DNA from: an uncultured Acidobacteriota bacterium
Lineage (GTDB): Bacteria > Acidobacteriota > Vicinamibacteria > Fen-336
DNA: 64,000 nucleotides
Assembly: GCA_963720545.1 (NCBI GenBank)
Contig: OY970399.1
Span: 224,001 to 288,000 of the forward strand
Direction: 5' to 3'
The notes beneath the pieces were generated by a model that searched no databases, was not told the DNA's origin, and saw nothing but the letters and a program-made list of their open reading frames with translations. The position numbers were made by a program, and so were the translations under genes. This document shows, one piece after another, positions 33,661 to 43,731 of the stretch. Numbering within the stretch: position 1 is the first letter of the stretch; each line of letters starts with the position of its first letter.

Positions 33661-35766
33661 TCAGTACTTGCGCAGGGCCAGGGCGGCGTCGACGATGGTC
33701 GCAACCTGCGGCAGGATGGCGTCCTCGAGCACCGGCGCGTAGCCGACGAAGGTGTCGAGCGCGCCGATGCGGCGCACCGGCGCGTCGAGCCATTCGAAGA
33801 GCTCGTCGCCGATGCGCGCGGCGATCTCGGCGCCGTAGCCCCAGGAGAGGCTGTCCTCATGGGCGACGATGACCTTGCCGGTCTTGCGCACGCTCTGCGC
33901 GACCGCTTCCCAGTCGTAAGGCTGCAGCGTGCGCAGGTCGAGCACCTCGAGCGAGACGCCCTGCGCCTCGAGCTGGCGCGCCGCGACCAGCGAGCGCTGC
34001 ACCAGCGCGCCGAAGGTCACGACCGTGACGTCGGCGCCGGCGCGCTTCACCGCCGCCTTGCCGAACGGCACCATGTAGTCGGGGCCGGGGTAGACGCCCT
34101 TGTTGTAGGTCTGACGGTAGAGGTGCTTGTGCTCGAGGAACAGCACCGGGTCGTCACAGCGCAGCGCGGTGCGCAGCAGGCCGTTCGCGTCCTCGGCGTT
34201 CGACGGGATCACGACGCGCAGCCCCGGCGTGTGCGTGAACAGCACCTCGCCGCACTGGCTGTGATAGACGGCGCCGCCCTGCAGGTAGCCGCCGTAGGTG
34301 ACGCGGATGACGACCGGGCACTTGAAGGCGTTGTTGGAGCGCCAGCGCAGCAGCGCCAGCTCGTTGCGCATCTGCATGAACGCCGGCCAGATGTAGTCGA
34401 AGAACTGCACCTCGGCCACCGGCTTCAGGCCGCGCGTGGCCATGCCGATGGCGCGGCCGACGATGCTGGCCTCGGCGAGCGGCGAGTTGTAGACGCGGCT
34501 GCTGCCGTGGCGGCGCTGCAGGTTGTGGGTGACCTTGAAGACACCGCCCTTGCCCTTCACCTGCTCCAGGCTGCCCTCGCGGCTGCAGTCGGCGACGTCC
34601 TCGCCGAAGATGACGATGCGCGGGTCGCGGCCGAGCTCGTCGTTGAGGCAGGCGTTCAGCAGGTCGACGACCGTCTTGGGCCCGCCGTCGGGTTTCGCCT
34701 CGGTGGCAAACGCCGCGGACGTCGGATCGACGTCTTCCGAAAACACGTAGCGCCTGGCGGAGCCGGCTTCCGGCGGCGGCGAGGCAAGTGCCTCGTCGGC
34801 GGCGGCGTTCACTTCGGCATCGACCGACTCGCGCACCGCGGCGAGTTCCTCGGCGCTCGCGAGGCCTTCGCGCAGCAGGAACTCGGGAAACGCGGTGAGC
34901 GGATCGCGGCGCGCGTCCTGATCGCGCTCGGAAGGCGGCCGGTAGTTGGTCTCGTCGTCGGAGAGCGAGTGCGAATAGGGGCGGATGACATGCGCATGCA
35001 CCAGCGCCGGGCCCTTGCGCGCGCGGCACCACTCGGCCGCCTCGCGCAGCACCAGCAGGCTCGCGACCGGATCGCAGCCGTCCACCTCGCGCACGTAGAG
35101 GTCGGGGAACGAGCGCACCAGCTTCGAGATGCTGCCGCCCGCGGTCTGCACTTCCACCGGCACCGAGATCGCGTACTTGTTGTCCTCGACCAGGTAGAGC
35201 ACGGGTGCCTTGAGGTTGCAGGCGCTGTTGAGGCTCTCCCAGAACTCGCCCTGCGACGTCGTGCCCTCGCCGGTGGAGCAGTAGACGATGTCGTCACCCG
35301 CCGCGGCGCTCCCGCCGGCCTGAACCGCCGGGTTCTTCGCGAGGTACATCGAAGCTTCGGCGCAGCCCACCGCCTGCAGGAACTGCGTGCCGGTGGGCGA
35401 CGACTTCGACACCACGTTCAGCTCCGGGAAACCCCAGTGCGACGGCATCTGCCGGCCGCCCGACGCCGGGTCGGCGGCCGCGCCGACGGCGCCCAGCAAC
35501 ATCTGCACCGGGGTGACGCCGAGCTGCAGCATCAACGCGCGGTCGCGGTAGTAGGCGTAGAACCAGTCGCGCCCCGGACGCAGCACCATGCCCGCCGCCA
35601 CCAGCACGGCCTCGTGGCCCGCGCCGCTGATCTGGAAGTAGATGCGGTTCTGGCGCTTGAGCTGGATCTCCTTGTCGTCGATGCGGCGCGACAGGTAGAT
35701 GGTGCGGTACATCGAAACGAGGGTCAGACGATCGACGCCCAACGAATCGGCTACCGACGTTGCCAC
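33661..35766 (-). CDS. 2-oxoacid (probably branched-chain) dehydrogenase E1, fused alpha/beta
   Basis: [17 protein letters not shown], ThDP motif [39 protein letters not shown]. Confidence 0.93.
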   Translation of the reverse strand: MATSVADSLGVDRLTLVSMYRTIYLSRRIDDKEIQLKRQNRIYFQISGAGHEAVLVAAGMVLRPGRDWFYAYYRDRALMLQLGVTPVQMLLGAVGAAADPASGGRQMPSHWGFPELNVVSKSSPTGTQFLQAVGCAEASMYLAKNPAVQAGGSAAAGDDIVYCSTGEGTTSQGEFWESLNSACNLKAPVLYLVEDNKYAISVPVEVQTAGGSISKLVRSFPDLYVREVDGCDPVASLLVLREAAEWCRARKGPALVHAHVIRPYSHSLSDDETNYRPPSERDQDARRDPLTAFPEFLLREGLASAEELAAVRESVDAEVNAAADEALASPPPEAGSARRYVFSEDVDPTSAAFATEAKPDGGPKTVVDLLNACLNDELGRDPRIVIFGEDVADCSREGSLEQVKGKGGVFKVTHNLQRRHGSSRVYNSPLAEASIVGRAIGMATRGLKPVAEVQFFDYIWPAFMQMRNELALLRWRSNNAFKCPVVIRVTYGGYLQGGAVYHSQCGEVLFTHTPGLRVVIPSNAEDANGLLRTALRCDDPVLFLEHKHLYRQTYNKGVYPGPDYMVPFGKAAVKRAGADVTVVTFGALVQRSLVAARQLEAQGVSLEVLDLRTLQPYDWEAVAQSVRKTGKVIVAHEDSLSWGYGAEIAARIGDELFEWLDAPVRRIGALDTFVGYAPVLEDAILPQVATIVDAALALRKY

Positions 35767-35854
35767 TCTTCGCTCCTATGAGGCCGCTGCGCCTTTGGTG
35801 AGGGTATGCCTGCCTATCTTAACCACGCCCGCGCCGGGCCGCCGCCTGTGCGCA

Positions 35855-37033
35855 TCACGCGCGCAGCAGGTCGAACAACATCCCGAGCCGCAGCGCCGCC
35901 TGCGCCGGCACGAAGTCGCCGGCGACGCCGACGAGGGTGTCGGCGAGGTCGGGGCGGCGCTGCAACCTGGCCGCCATCTGGTTGGCGAGGCCGGGGCGCG
36001 CCACCACCTGCTGCAGCAGCCGGTTGAAGCGGAACTTGGCCCGGGTGCGCTCGCGCCGCCGCGTCTCGTACACGGACAGCGCCGTGCCGGCGCGCAGGTG
36101 GTCGTCGATGGCCTCGGCGGCGAGCAGCGCGCTGCGCAGGGCGAGGGTGACGCCTTCGCCGGTGAACGGATCGTAGAAGCCCGCCGCGTCGCCGCACAGC
36201 ACCAGGTTGCCGAGCGTGAGCCGCGACACCTCGGAAGCGAGCGGCCCGGTGGCCTGCGGGGGGGCCATGAGCGATGCTCGTTCGAGACGCGCTGCGACCC
36301 GCGGCCAGCGGTGCAGCGTTGCGCGGTAGAAATCCTCGATGCGCCCGCCGGCCGCCGCCATCTCCGAGGCATCGAGGACCAACGCGAGGTTGGCCTCGCC
36401 GCGCCGAAGCGACAAAGGGGCGACGCCGCAGTAGCCGCCGCCACCGACGTGCATCTCGCCCAGATCACCCAGGGCGGCGACGCCTTGCCAGTGGCCGCGC
36501 ACCGCGAACTTGCGCAGCCGCGCCGGCCGCGCCAGGCCGAGACGGCTCGTGAGGGCGCCGCCACGGCCGTCGGCGCAGACGACGACGCGAGCACGAACCA
36601 TCTCCCTGGTGTCGCCGTGCGCGCCGGCTATCCGGACCTCGGCGCCGCCCGGTGCCAACGGCTCGGCGCGGGTCGACTCCAGCACCGAGACCCCGGCGGC
36701 ACGAGCGTGTGCGAGGAGCGCTGCGTCGAGATGCAGCCGGCGCACGCCGAGCCCGGCGTGGCCCTGGTAGCGGCCCTCGAACGAGGTGCCGTCCGGCGCG
36801 GTGAGGCGCATGCCGAGGAGCGGCTGCGGCTCGAGCGCGGCCACGGCTTCGGCCGCGCCCAGTTCGCGCAGGGCCGTCCACGCCTCGGGCGAGAGGCCCT
36901 CGCCGCAAATCTTCTCGCGCGGGAACGCCGCCTTGTCCACCAGCACCACCTCCCGCCCGCGCTGGGCGAGCGCGGTTGCGGCCGCGGCGCCGGCCGGTCC
37001 GCCGCCGACGACCAGCACGTCGCAAACGCTCAC
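35855..37033 (-). CDS. FAD-dependent oxidoreductase (geranylgeranyl reductase/monooxygenase family)
   Basis: VVGGGPAG, FPREKICGE, CADG, GDAAGFYDPFTGEG. Confidence 0.9.
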   Translation of the reverse strand: MSVCDVLVVGGGPAGAAAATALAQRGREVVLVDKAAFPREKICGEGLSPEAWTALRELGAAEAVAALEPQPLLGMRLTAPDGTSFEGRYQGHAGLGVRRLHLDAALLAHARAAGVSVLESTRAEPLAPGGAEVRIAGAHGDTREMVRARVVVCADGRGGALTSRLGLARPARLRKFAVRGHWQGVAALGDLGEMHVGGGGYCGVAPLSLRRGEANLALVLDASEMAAAGGRIEDFYRATLHRWPRVAARLERASLMAPPQATGPLASEVSRLTLGNLVLCGDAAGFYDPFTGEGVTLALRSALLAAEAIDDHLRAGTALSVYETRRRERTRAKFRFNRLLQQVVARPGLANQMAARLQRRPDLADTLVGVAGDFVPAQAALRLGMLFDLLRA

Positions 37034-37716
37034 TGCGCCTTCCTCGCGACCGCAACGAGCCGGTAGGGAAAGACGCGCCGGATCTCGACATCGCCGTCGC
37101 GCACGCCCGCGGCGGCGAACGCGGCGCGCAACTCCGCGACTGTGAAGCTGCGCCGGATGGAGAGCAGGCCGTCGTGGATGCTTACCCTGCTGCGAAACAC
37201 CAACGGGAAAACCATGCGTCCGAAGGCCCAGGGCACGACGGCCCGCCGCAGGTCGTTGACCACCAGCGCCTGGCGCGCCTGCGCATAGAGGCCGCGCAGC
37301 ACCTCGGCCACCGCATCGCCGTCGAAATGATGGAGGAACAGCGAGCAGATGACGACGTCGAAGGAGGGTTCGCGAAACGGCAGGCGGCGCACGTCGCCGG
37401 CAACCGTTGCGACGCACTTCGGCACCTGCCGCAAATGCGCCGGCTTGAGGTCCAGGCCGGTTGCGGCGATCCGTCCGCTGCCCCAGGCGACGAGGTCGGC
37501 CGCCACGTCGCCGGAGCCGCAGCCGGCGTCGAGGAGTCGCAGCGAAGCGGGCGAGCCGCGCAGCAGCGGTGCCATGGCCCGGCGAAAAGATCGCAGGCCG
37601 CCGAGGTTGCGGTTGACCCAGCGGATGTCGCTGAGGCTCGCAGCCACTTCATCGGCAGGCAGCGCCGCGAAATCGAGCTGCTCCGGCTGCGTCGACCGTT
37701 CACGAAAGACGAGCAC
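37030..37716 (-). CDS. SAM-dependent methyltransferase (type III PKS-associated)
   Basis: WVNRNLGG, LDAGCGSGD, SLFLHHF, VNDLRR, HDGLLSIRRSF; start uncertain. Confidence 0.88.
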   Translation of the reverse strand: MLVFRERSTQPEQLDFAALPADEVAASLSDIRWVNRNLGGLRSFRRAMAPLLRGSPASLRLLDAGCGSGDVAADLVAWGSGRIAATGLDLKPAHLRQVPKCVATVAGDVRRLPFREPSFDVVICSLFLHHFDGDAVAEVLRGLYAQARQALVVNDLRRAVVPWAFGRMVFPLVFRSRVSIHDGLLSIRRSFTVAELRAAFAAAGVRDGDVEIRRVFPYRLVAVARKAQ

Positions 37717-37741
37717 GCGAGAGAGCGCCCCTTCGGCCCGC

Positions 37742-38815
37742 CTAGAACTCGACCAGCGCCATCTCGGCGCCAAACCCCGGCCCGAACGCGCCCAGCACGC
37801 CGAGCGAACCGCCCGGCGGCGCCTGCGCGCGCAGCACCTCGTGCAGCACGAACAGCACAGTGACCGAACTCATGTTGCCGTGCTCGCTCAACACGGCCTC
37901 GGTCGCCGCCATGTGGTGCGGCTGCAAGCCAAGCTCTTCCTTCATGGCTTCGATGATGCGCCGGCCGCCCGGGTGCAGGATCCAGGCCGCGATGTCCGAC
38001 GCCTTGAGGTCCTCGGGCTCCAGGAACTGCGCGGCGGTTTTGGCGACCTCGCGTTTCACGAACGGCGCCAGGTGGCGGTCGAGCACGATCTGCAGGCCGG
38101 GATTGCGCAGGCGGAAGCCCATGAGGTGGGTGGTGCCGGGAAAGAAGAAGCTGTCGGCGCGGCGAATGCGCGCGAGGCGCTTGCCGGCGAACCGCGGATG
38201 GCGCGTACCAACCAGCACCGCCGCCGCCGCGCCGTCGCCGAAGATCGCGGTGGAGACGACGTTGGTGGCGGAGCGGTCCCAGCGCTGGAACGTCAGGCTC
38301 GAGAGCTCCACCGCCAGCAGCAGCACCGCCGACTCGGGGTGCGCCGTGAGGTAGTCGTGGGCGCGCGCGAGACCGACGACGCCACCGGCGCAGCCGCTCT
38401 CGGTGATGGGCAGGCGCGCGAGCCGCGGGCCGAGCTGCAGCGCGTCGGCGACGAACGCGTCGACCGCGGGAATCATGAAGCCCGTGCACGAGACGCTCAC
38501 CACCAGTCCGAGGTCGCGTGCCTCAACCCCCGAGGCTTCGAGCGCACGCCGCGCCAGCACGGTCGTCTCGCGCTTCGCATGCTCGATGTAGAGGTCGTTC
38601 TGCGTCTCGAAATCGCCGGGAAAAAACACCCGGTCGATCGTCACCACGCTGGCGCGCGTGTCGACGCCGGCGGTGTCGTAGACCTTCAGCAGCCGCCGCG
38701 CCGCGGCCTCGCCGCCCTCACCGTCGCCGAGCCACTCGGCCACCCAGCGGGTGACTTCGGACTGCGGATAGCGGTGGGGCGGGAGGAAACGTTCGAGCGC
38801 GACGATTGCGCTCAA
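37742..38815 (-). CDS. Type III polyketide synthase (chalcone/stilbene synthase family)
   Basis: Cys-His-Asn triad: ESGCAGG, ILHPGG, HGNMSS; FGDGAAA; GAFGPG. Confidence 0.93.
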   Translation of the reverse strand: MSAIVALERFLPPHRYPQSEVTRWVAEWLGDGEGGEAAARRLLKVYDTAGVDTRASVVTIDRVFFPGDFETQNDLYIEHAKRETTVLARRALEASGVEARDLGLVVSVSCTGFMIPAVDAFVADALQLGPRLARLPITESGCAGGVVGLARAHDYLTAHPESAVLLLAVELSSLTFQRWDRSATNVVSTAIFGDGAAAAVLVGTRHPRFAGKRLARIRRADSFFFPGTTHLMGFRLRNPGLQIVLDRHLAPFVKREVAKTAAQFLEPEDLKASDIAAWILHPGGRRIIEAMKEELGLQPHHMAATEAVLSEHGNMSSVTVLFVLHEVLRAQAPPGGSLGVLGAFGPGFGAEMALVEF

Positions 38816-39300
38816 AAGGGAACGTCTTCGTCGCTGACCTCGAAGTTGTCGTCAGCGCCCGAACCGCCGCCCTCACGGCCGCCGCCAGGCCCTGAGGAGC
38901 GTCCACCGCCTCCACCGCCGCCCGGACCAGAGGCGCCGCCGCCGCCGCCTTCGCCGCGGCCGCCGAGCAGCACCAGCTTCGAGTTCGGCCCGCTGATGCG
39001 GATCTTGGTGGTGTTGCGCTTGTTGCCGTCCTTGTCGGTCCACTCGTCGTAGACGATCTGCCCTTCGAGATAGACCGGGCGACCCTTGGTGAGGTAGTCG
39101 CGCGCGATCTGCGCGGTCTTGCCGAACACCTCGACGCGGTGCCAGGCGGTGCGCTCCTGCTTCTCCCCGCTCTTGTCGGTCCACCGTTCGCTGGTCGCCA
39201 CCGAGAAGTTGGCGATGGGCTCGCCACCCTGGGTGTAGCGGATCTCGGGGTCGCGGCCGAGGTTGCCGAGCAAGATCACCTTGTTGACGCTGCCGGACAT
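38812..39300 (-). CDS. ssb: Single-stranded DNA-binding protein
   Basis: VNKVILLGNLGRDPE, WHRV, Gly-rich linker, acidic tail DEDVPF. Confidence 0.97.
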   Translation of the reverse strand: MSGSVNKVILLGNLGRDPEIRYTQGGEPIANFSVATSERWTDKSGEKQERTAWHRVEVFGKTAQIARDYLTKGRPVYLEGQIVYDEWTDKDGNKRNTTKIRISGPNSKLVLLGGRGEGGGGGASGPGGGGGGGRSSGPGGGREGGGSGADDNFEVSDEDVPF

Positions 39301-39326
39301 GCTTCGTGGTCCTTTCTGATGACGGC

Positions 39327-40184
39327 CTAGGGAGTCGCCAGTTTTTCGCGGGCGATGCGTGCCGCCGGGGCGCTCGGATAGCGATCGATGACGATGCGGT
39401 ATTCGCGCACCGCTTCGGTGCGCCGGCCGAGCTTCTCGAGGGCCAGGCCCTTCTTGACGTGGGCGTCGGGCAGCTTGTCGCTCGTGGGGTAGTCGCGCTG
39501 CAGGACGCTGAGCGCGTCGACCGACTCCTGGAACTGCTGCTTGCCGTAATAGCACTCGCCGATCCAGTACTGCGCGTTGTCGGTGAAGTCGGTCTTGTAA
39601 TTCTTGACGTACTCCTGGAAGCCCTGGATCGCGAGGTCGTAGTTGCCGCGGGCGAAGTCGGCGTAGGCCTGGCTGTAGAGTTCGCGCGGCGGCGCGGCGG
39701 TGGGCAGGAGCGGCGCGGCAGGAGCGGGCGAGGCGCCTGGAGACGCGGCCGCGGGTGTGGCAGGCGCGTTGGCACCGCCGGGTGGCGGGGTCGGCGCGGG
39801 AGCGAGCGGGTCGGCGCCCGTGGGCGCGGGCACGGGCGCGGCGGGCATCGTCTGGAACTTCTCGCGCAGCTCGGAGAGCCGGTCGGACATGTCGCGCAGC
39901 GACGACTGCACGGCCTCGTCGCGCAGGCGCTGGTCCTGCTGGGCGCGCTTCTGCGTGGCGTTCGCCTCGGCGACCAGGTCGGAGAGGCGTTTCATCTCGC
40001 GCTGGATGCCCTGCACGTTGTCTTCGAGGGCGCGCTGCAGGTCGGCGATTTGCCCCTGCAGGTTGGTGATCTGCGCCTGCAGGGCCTGCATTTCCTTGTT
40101 GGCCGCCAGCGCCGCGGGTGCGAGCAGCGCACCGCCGCCGAGCACGAGCATGGTGATGACGAGTGCACGCCTCAAGACCGTCAT
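39327..40184 (-). CDS. cpoB: Tol-Pal system protein CpoB/YbgF
   Basis: Signal peptide, coiled coil, TPR region (NAQYWIGECYY, YPTSDKLPDA). Confidence 0.88.
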   Translation of the reverse strand: MTVLRRALVITMLVLGGGALLAPAALAANKEMQALQAQITNLQGQIADLQRALEDNVQGIQREMKRLSDLVAEANATQKRAQQDQRLRDEAVQSSLRDMSDRLSELREKFQTMPAAPVPAPTGADPLAPAPTPPPGGANAPATPAAASPGASPAPAAPLLPTAAPPRELYSQAYADFARGNYDLAIQGFQEYVKNYKTDFTDNAQYWIGECYYGKQQFQESVDALSVLQRDYPTSDKLPDAHVKKGLALEKLGRRTEAVREYRIVIDRYPSAPAARIAREKLATP

Positions 40185-40250
40185 GAAACTCTCCTTCGCG
40201 TCCGTCTCGCGTTCATCTTAGTACGCGGCCATGCCCGCCCAGGACCGCGC

Positions 40251-41633
40251 TCAGGGACCCCAGTCGGGGTAGACGTTGTTGCCCGGCATGTCGAGGACCC
40301 GGACGATGCGGCCGACGCGGTCGGTGAGCGTCAGCTGCCACTTGCCGTTCTTCTTGCAGGCGAACACCAGGTGGCGGCCATTGCTCGACCACGACGGGTA
40401 CTCGCAGCTGCCCATGCCTTCGCTCACCTGGCGGATCTGGCCGCTCACCAGGTCGATGACCGCGATCTCGAACGAGCCCTCGAGGCGCGCGGTGAACGCG
40501 ACCTCGCTCCACTCGCGCGACGGATTCCACGACGGCGCGTCGCTGTCCATCGAGGTCAGGCGCCGCACGTTGAGGCCGTCCTCGTCCATCACCCAGATGC
40601 GCTGCCCGCCGCTGCGGTCGGAAGTGAAGGCGAGCTCGCGGCCGGTGGGGCTCCAGGTGGGCGCCGTGTCGACGCCGGGCGACTGCGTGAGGCGCTTAGG
40701 GTTCGAGCCGTCGGCGGCCGCCACGTAGATCTCGGCGTTGCCGCCGCGCATGCCTGCGTACGCGATCTTGCTGCCGTCGCGGCTGTAGGCGGGCGCCGCG
40801 AAGTTGCCGGTCATGGTGCGCGTCATGTTGTCGCCGCGGCCCTCGAAGATGAAGGCGCGCAGGATCGAGGCGATGTAGTTGCGGTAGGAGACGTAGGCGA
40901 TGACGCGGCCGTCGGAACTCCAGCTGGGAAACAGGTTGAGCGAGCGTGTGACGGTGAGGCGGCGCGGGTTGAACCCGTCGTAGTCGGCGATGTAGACCTC
41001 CTTCACGCCGCCGGCGCCGCCTTGCGGCGCGTCGCGGTCGGAGGCGAACGCGAGCCGCGACTGCGCGACACCCTTGTACTGCGTGAGGGTCATGACGTCG
41101 TCCGAGGCGCGGTGCGCGAAGCCGCGCGGGTTGTCGTTCTTGCCGGAATACTGCTTCGCCATCATGACGGCGCCGGTGTTCACGTCCCACACCTTGATCT
41201 CGACCGCCAGGTTGCCGCCGCTCACCTCGGCGCGCGACAGCACCAGCACGCTTGCGTCCACACCTTTCCAGTCGAGAAAGTTGGGAGCGTCGAAGTTGAC
41301 GGGCGGCGGCAGCTTCTTGACGAGCGCATCCGGCACGAACTCGAACAGGCCCTCGAACTTCAGGTCGTCCTGCAGCACCTGCGCGATCGTCGCGCACGCG
41401 GGCGCGGTCGCGGCATCGCGGCCGCGCGGCATGCAGTCGGGTATCGCGAAGCGCGGCGGTGCGCCGCCGATGACGATCTGGTAGGCGCCTCCGGGACGTT
41501 GCACCTGCTGCTGCGGGCCTGGCGAAGCGGGCGGCGGCGGCGTCTGGGCGGCGAGTGCCGCGTGCCATAAGAAGGCGGCGCCGAGAGCGGCTCCGCATAC
41601 GGAGAGGATGCGCGTGCGCCTGGTGCTACGCAT
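40251..41633 (-). CDS. tolB: Tol-Pal beta-propeller protein TolB
   Basis: Signal peptide; DYDG, PD40 repeats PSWSSDG, PAYSRDG, PTWSPTG, PSWSSNG. Confidence 0.9.
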   Translation of the reverse strand: MRSTRRTRILSVCGAALGAAFLWHAALAAQTPPPPASPGPQQQVQRPGGAYQIVIGGAPPRFAIPDCMPRGRDAATAPACATIAQVLQDDLKFEGLFEFVPDALVKKLPPPVNFDAPNFLDWKGVDASVLVLSRAEVSGGNLAVEIKVWDVNTGAVMMAKQYSGKNDNPRGFAHRASDDVMTLTQYKGVAQSRLAFASDRDAPQGGAGGVKEVYIADYDGFNPRRLTVTRSLNLFPSWSSDGRVIAYVSYRNYIASILRAFIFEGRGDNMTRTMTGNFAAPAYSRDGSKIAYAGMRGGNAEIYVAAADGSNPKRLTQSPGVDTAPTWSPTGRELAFTSDRSGGQRIWVMDEDGLNVRRLTSMDSDAPSWNPSREWSEVAFTARLEGSFEIAVIDLVSGQIRQVSEGMGSCEYPSWSSNGRHLVFACKKNGKWQLTLTDRVGRIVRVLDMPGNNVYPDWGP

Positions 41634-42384
41634 CGGGCTTGAAGCTCGCCTGGATCGTGATTCGATTGGTTCCATAAGTTCTCGGCAATGGCCCGAAAGG
41701 CTGGGCGGAATAAATGGCGCGTTGGGCGGAGAGGTCGATGGCGGAGCTGCCCGAGGTCTGCACGAGGCGGACGTCGGCAACCGAGCCGTCGGCGTTGATC
41801 GAGAAGGAAACGATGGCGGTCTGCGCCATGCCGCTGTGCATCTGACCCATCCACAATGACCATACCTTGCGTTGCACCCCCGCAAGATACCAGTCGCCGT
41901 TGACGTCGGTGCCCTCGGGCACGCCGGGACCGGCGGTGAGACCGACACCACCGGGCGCGGACTGCGCCGCGGCGGCCGCGGCAGGCGCCGGCGGGGCAGA
42001 GGACCGCACGTCGGGCTTCCGGCCCTTCCTGTCCGGAACCTTCTTCTGGTCGACCTCGGGGAGGCGGTTCGGGTTCGGTTCGTCCTTCGGCGGCTTGATC
42101 ACCCTTGGCGCCGGCGCCGGTTTCGCCTCTTGCTGCGGTTCTTCCTTCGGCGGCTTCACCACCGGCGGCACCGTGCGGGCCGTGACCGCACCGCCGCCGC
42201 CGCGCGGCAGCGGTGCCGCGAAGCCGTCCATCACCTTGAGGGGCGGAGTGCGGGTGAAGAGCGACAGCACGAACACGCCGGCCACCACGCCTGCGTGCAG
42301 CAGGGAAGACGTCACGACGCTGCTGCGAAAGTTGCCGTCCTCCGCCGCGCGGTCCGCGATCAAGCGGCTGACGGCATCGCTCAC
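41626..42384 (-). CDS. tolA: TolA/TonB family energy transducer
   Basis: TM helix with SSLLH, Pro/Lys-rich linker, TonB C-terminal domain (SGSSAIDLSAQRA..PFGPLP). Confidence 0.8.
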   Translation of the reverse strand: MSDAVSRLIADRAAEDGNFRSSVVTSSLLHAGVVAGVFVLSLFTRTPPLKVMDGFAAPLPRGGGGAVTARTVPPVVKPPKEEPQQEAKPAPAPRVIKPPKDEPNPNRLPEVDQKKVPDRKGRKPDVRSSAPPAPAAAAAAQSAPGGVGLTAGPGVPEGTDVNGDWYLAGVQRKVWSLWMGQMHSGMAQTAIVSFSINADGSVADVRLVQTSGSSAIDLSAQRAIYSAQPFGPLPRTYGTNRITIQASFKPDA

Positions 42385-42863
42385 GTACCCGCCTTCTCCT
42401 GCGGCAGCACGTAGGCGAAGCCTATCTGTTCGACGCCGGCCCGCTTCAGCAGGTCGACGACCGCGATCACGCGTCCGTAGCGCAACCGCTCGTCGGCGCG
42501 CAGGTAGACGACCTTGCTGACGCGGCCCCGCATCTCGCGGTTCATGCGGTCCTCGAGAATCGCCATGTCCACCGGCCGGTCGCCGATGAACACGCGGCCC
42601 TCGCCGTCGATCGAGACCGTGATGCGGTCCTCGGGCTCGTTCTTCGGCAGGTTCGCGACCGGCAGCGACACGTCGATGCCGCGGCTCATCATCGGCGCCG
42701 TTACCATGAAGACGAGCAGCAGCACCAGCACCACGTCCACGAGCGGCGTGACGTTGATCTCGCCGAGCGCATGCGCGGCGCCGGCGCGCGAGCGCAGCGT
42801 GCGATAGGTCTGTCCGGCGCTGTGGGCGGCGCCGCCGCCTTCGCCTGGAGACGAGGCCTGCAT
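42381..42863 (-). CDS. tolR: TolR/ExbD
   Basis: EINVTPLVDVVLVLLLVFMVTAP, LRAD..YGRV. Confidence 0.9.
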   Translation of the reverse strand: MQASSPGEGGGAAHSAGQTYRTLRSRAGAAHALGEINVTPLVDVVLVLLLVFMVTAPMMSRGIDVSLPVANLPKNEPEDRITVSIDGEGRVFIGDRPVDMAILEDRMNREMRGRVSKVVYLRADERLRYGRVIAVVDLLKRAGVEQIGFAYVLPQEKAGT

Positions 42864-43610
42864 CTAGGTGAAGTTGCGCTCGACGATGTTCAGGAACTCG
42901 AGCGCGAAGTCGTCCATCATGTTGTTGAGGACGCGCACGCGGCTGTTGTAGGCGTTGTAGAAGACCGCGGCGGGAATCGCGGCAACCAGGCCGGCGGCGG
43001 TGGTGATCAGCGCCTCCGAGATGCCCGGCGCCACCACCGCGAGGTTCGCGGAGGCCATGCGGCCGATGTTCTCGAACGCGTTCATGATCCCCCAGACGGT
43101 GCCGAACAGGCCGATGAACGGCGTCACGCTCGCGGTGGTCGCCAGGAACGACAGGCGCCGTTCGAGGCGCGTCGACTCGCCGCCCGCGGCCCGCACCAGC
43201 GCGCGCGACACGGCCTCGAGCGAACGCACCACCGGCCGGGCCTGCGGATTTGCCGGCGCGTTTCGCACCTGCTGGTTCACCTCGAGGTAGCCCGCCTGAA
43301 AGACGCCCACCAGCGGACTGGCGCGCAGCTGCGGGCAGACGGCGTTCACCTCGGAGAACTTCGAGCTCTTGCGGAAGATGTCGAGGAACGTGCGGCTCTG
43401 GGCCTGGGCGCGGCGCAGGCTGACCGCCTTGTTGATGATGATGGCGAAGGACATCAAGGAGAACAGGACGAGAGTGAGCAGCACGAAGCGGGCGACCCAC
43501 CCGGTGTGGGCCAGGAGCCCGGGGATGCCGCCCGCGAAACCCTCGCCGCCGGTCGCGGCAACTTGACCCAGCAGGGCAAGGCTGCCGCTAAACTGTCCAT
43601 TTAGTATCAC
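42864..43610 (-). CDS. tolQ: TolQ/ExbB proton channel
   Basis: PFIGLFGTVWGIM, VAPGISEALITTAAGL; start uncertain. Confidence 0.92.
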   Translation of the reverse strand: MILNGQFSGSLALLGQVAATGGEGFAGGIPGLLAHTGWVARFVLLTLVLFSLMSFAIIINKAVSLRRAQAQSRTFLDIFRKSSKFSEVNAVCPQLRASPLVGVFQAGYLEVNQQVRNAPANPQARPVVRSLEAVSRALVRAAGGESTRLERRLSFLATTASVTPFIGLFGTVWGIMNAFENIGRMASANLAVVAPGISEALITTAAGLVAAIPAAVFYNAYNSRVRVLNNMMDDFALEFLNIVERNFT

Positions 43611-43731
43611 TTGGCGAGCGTGCCACAAGGGATTGTGGCTGTCAAGGAGAAATCCCGAGCAAAATACCCGCAACCACTAGATAATTGGAGAGTTAGGCGG
43701 TAAAATCCCGCGCGGCCCGCGAACCAAAGTA

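Noticed and set aside
38860..38965. CCG/GGC-rich repeats
   Set aside because: They encode the ordinary Gly-rich SSB linker.
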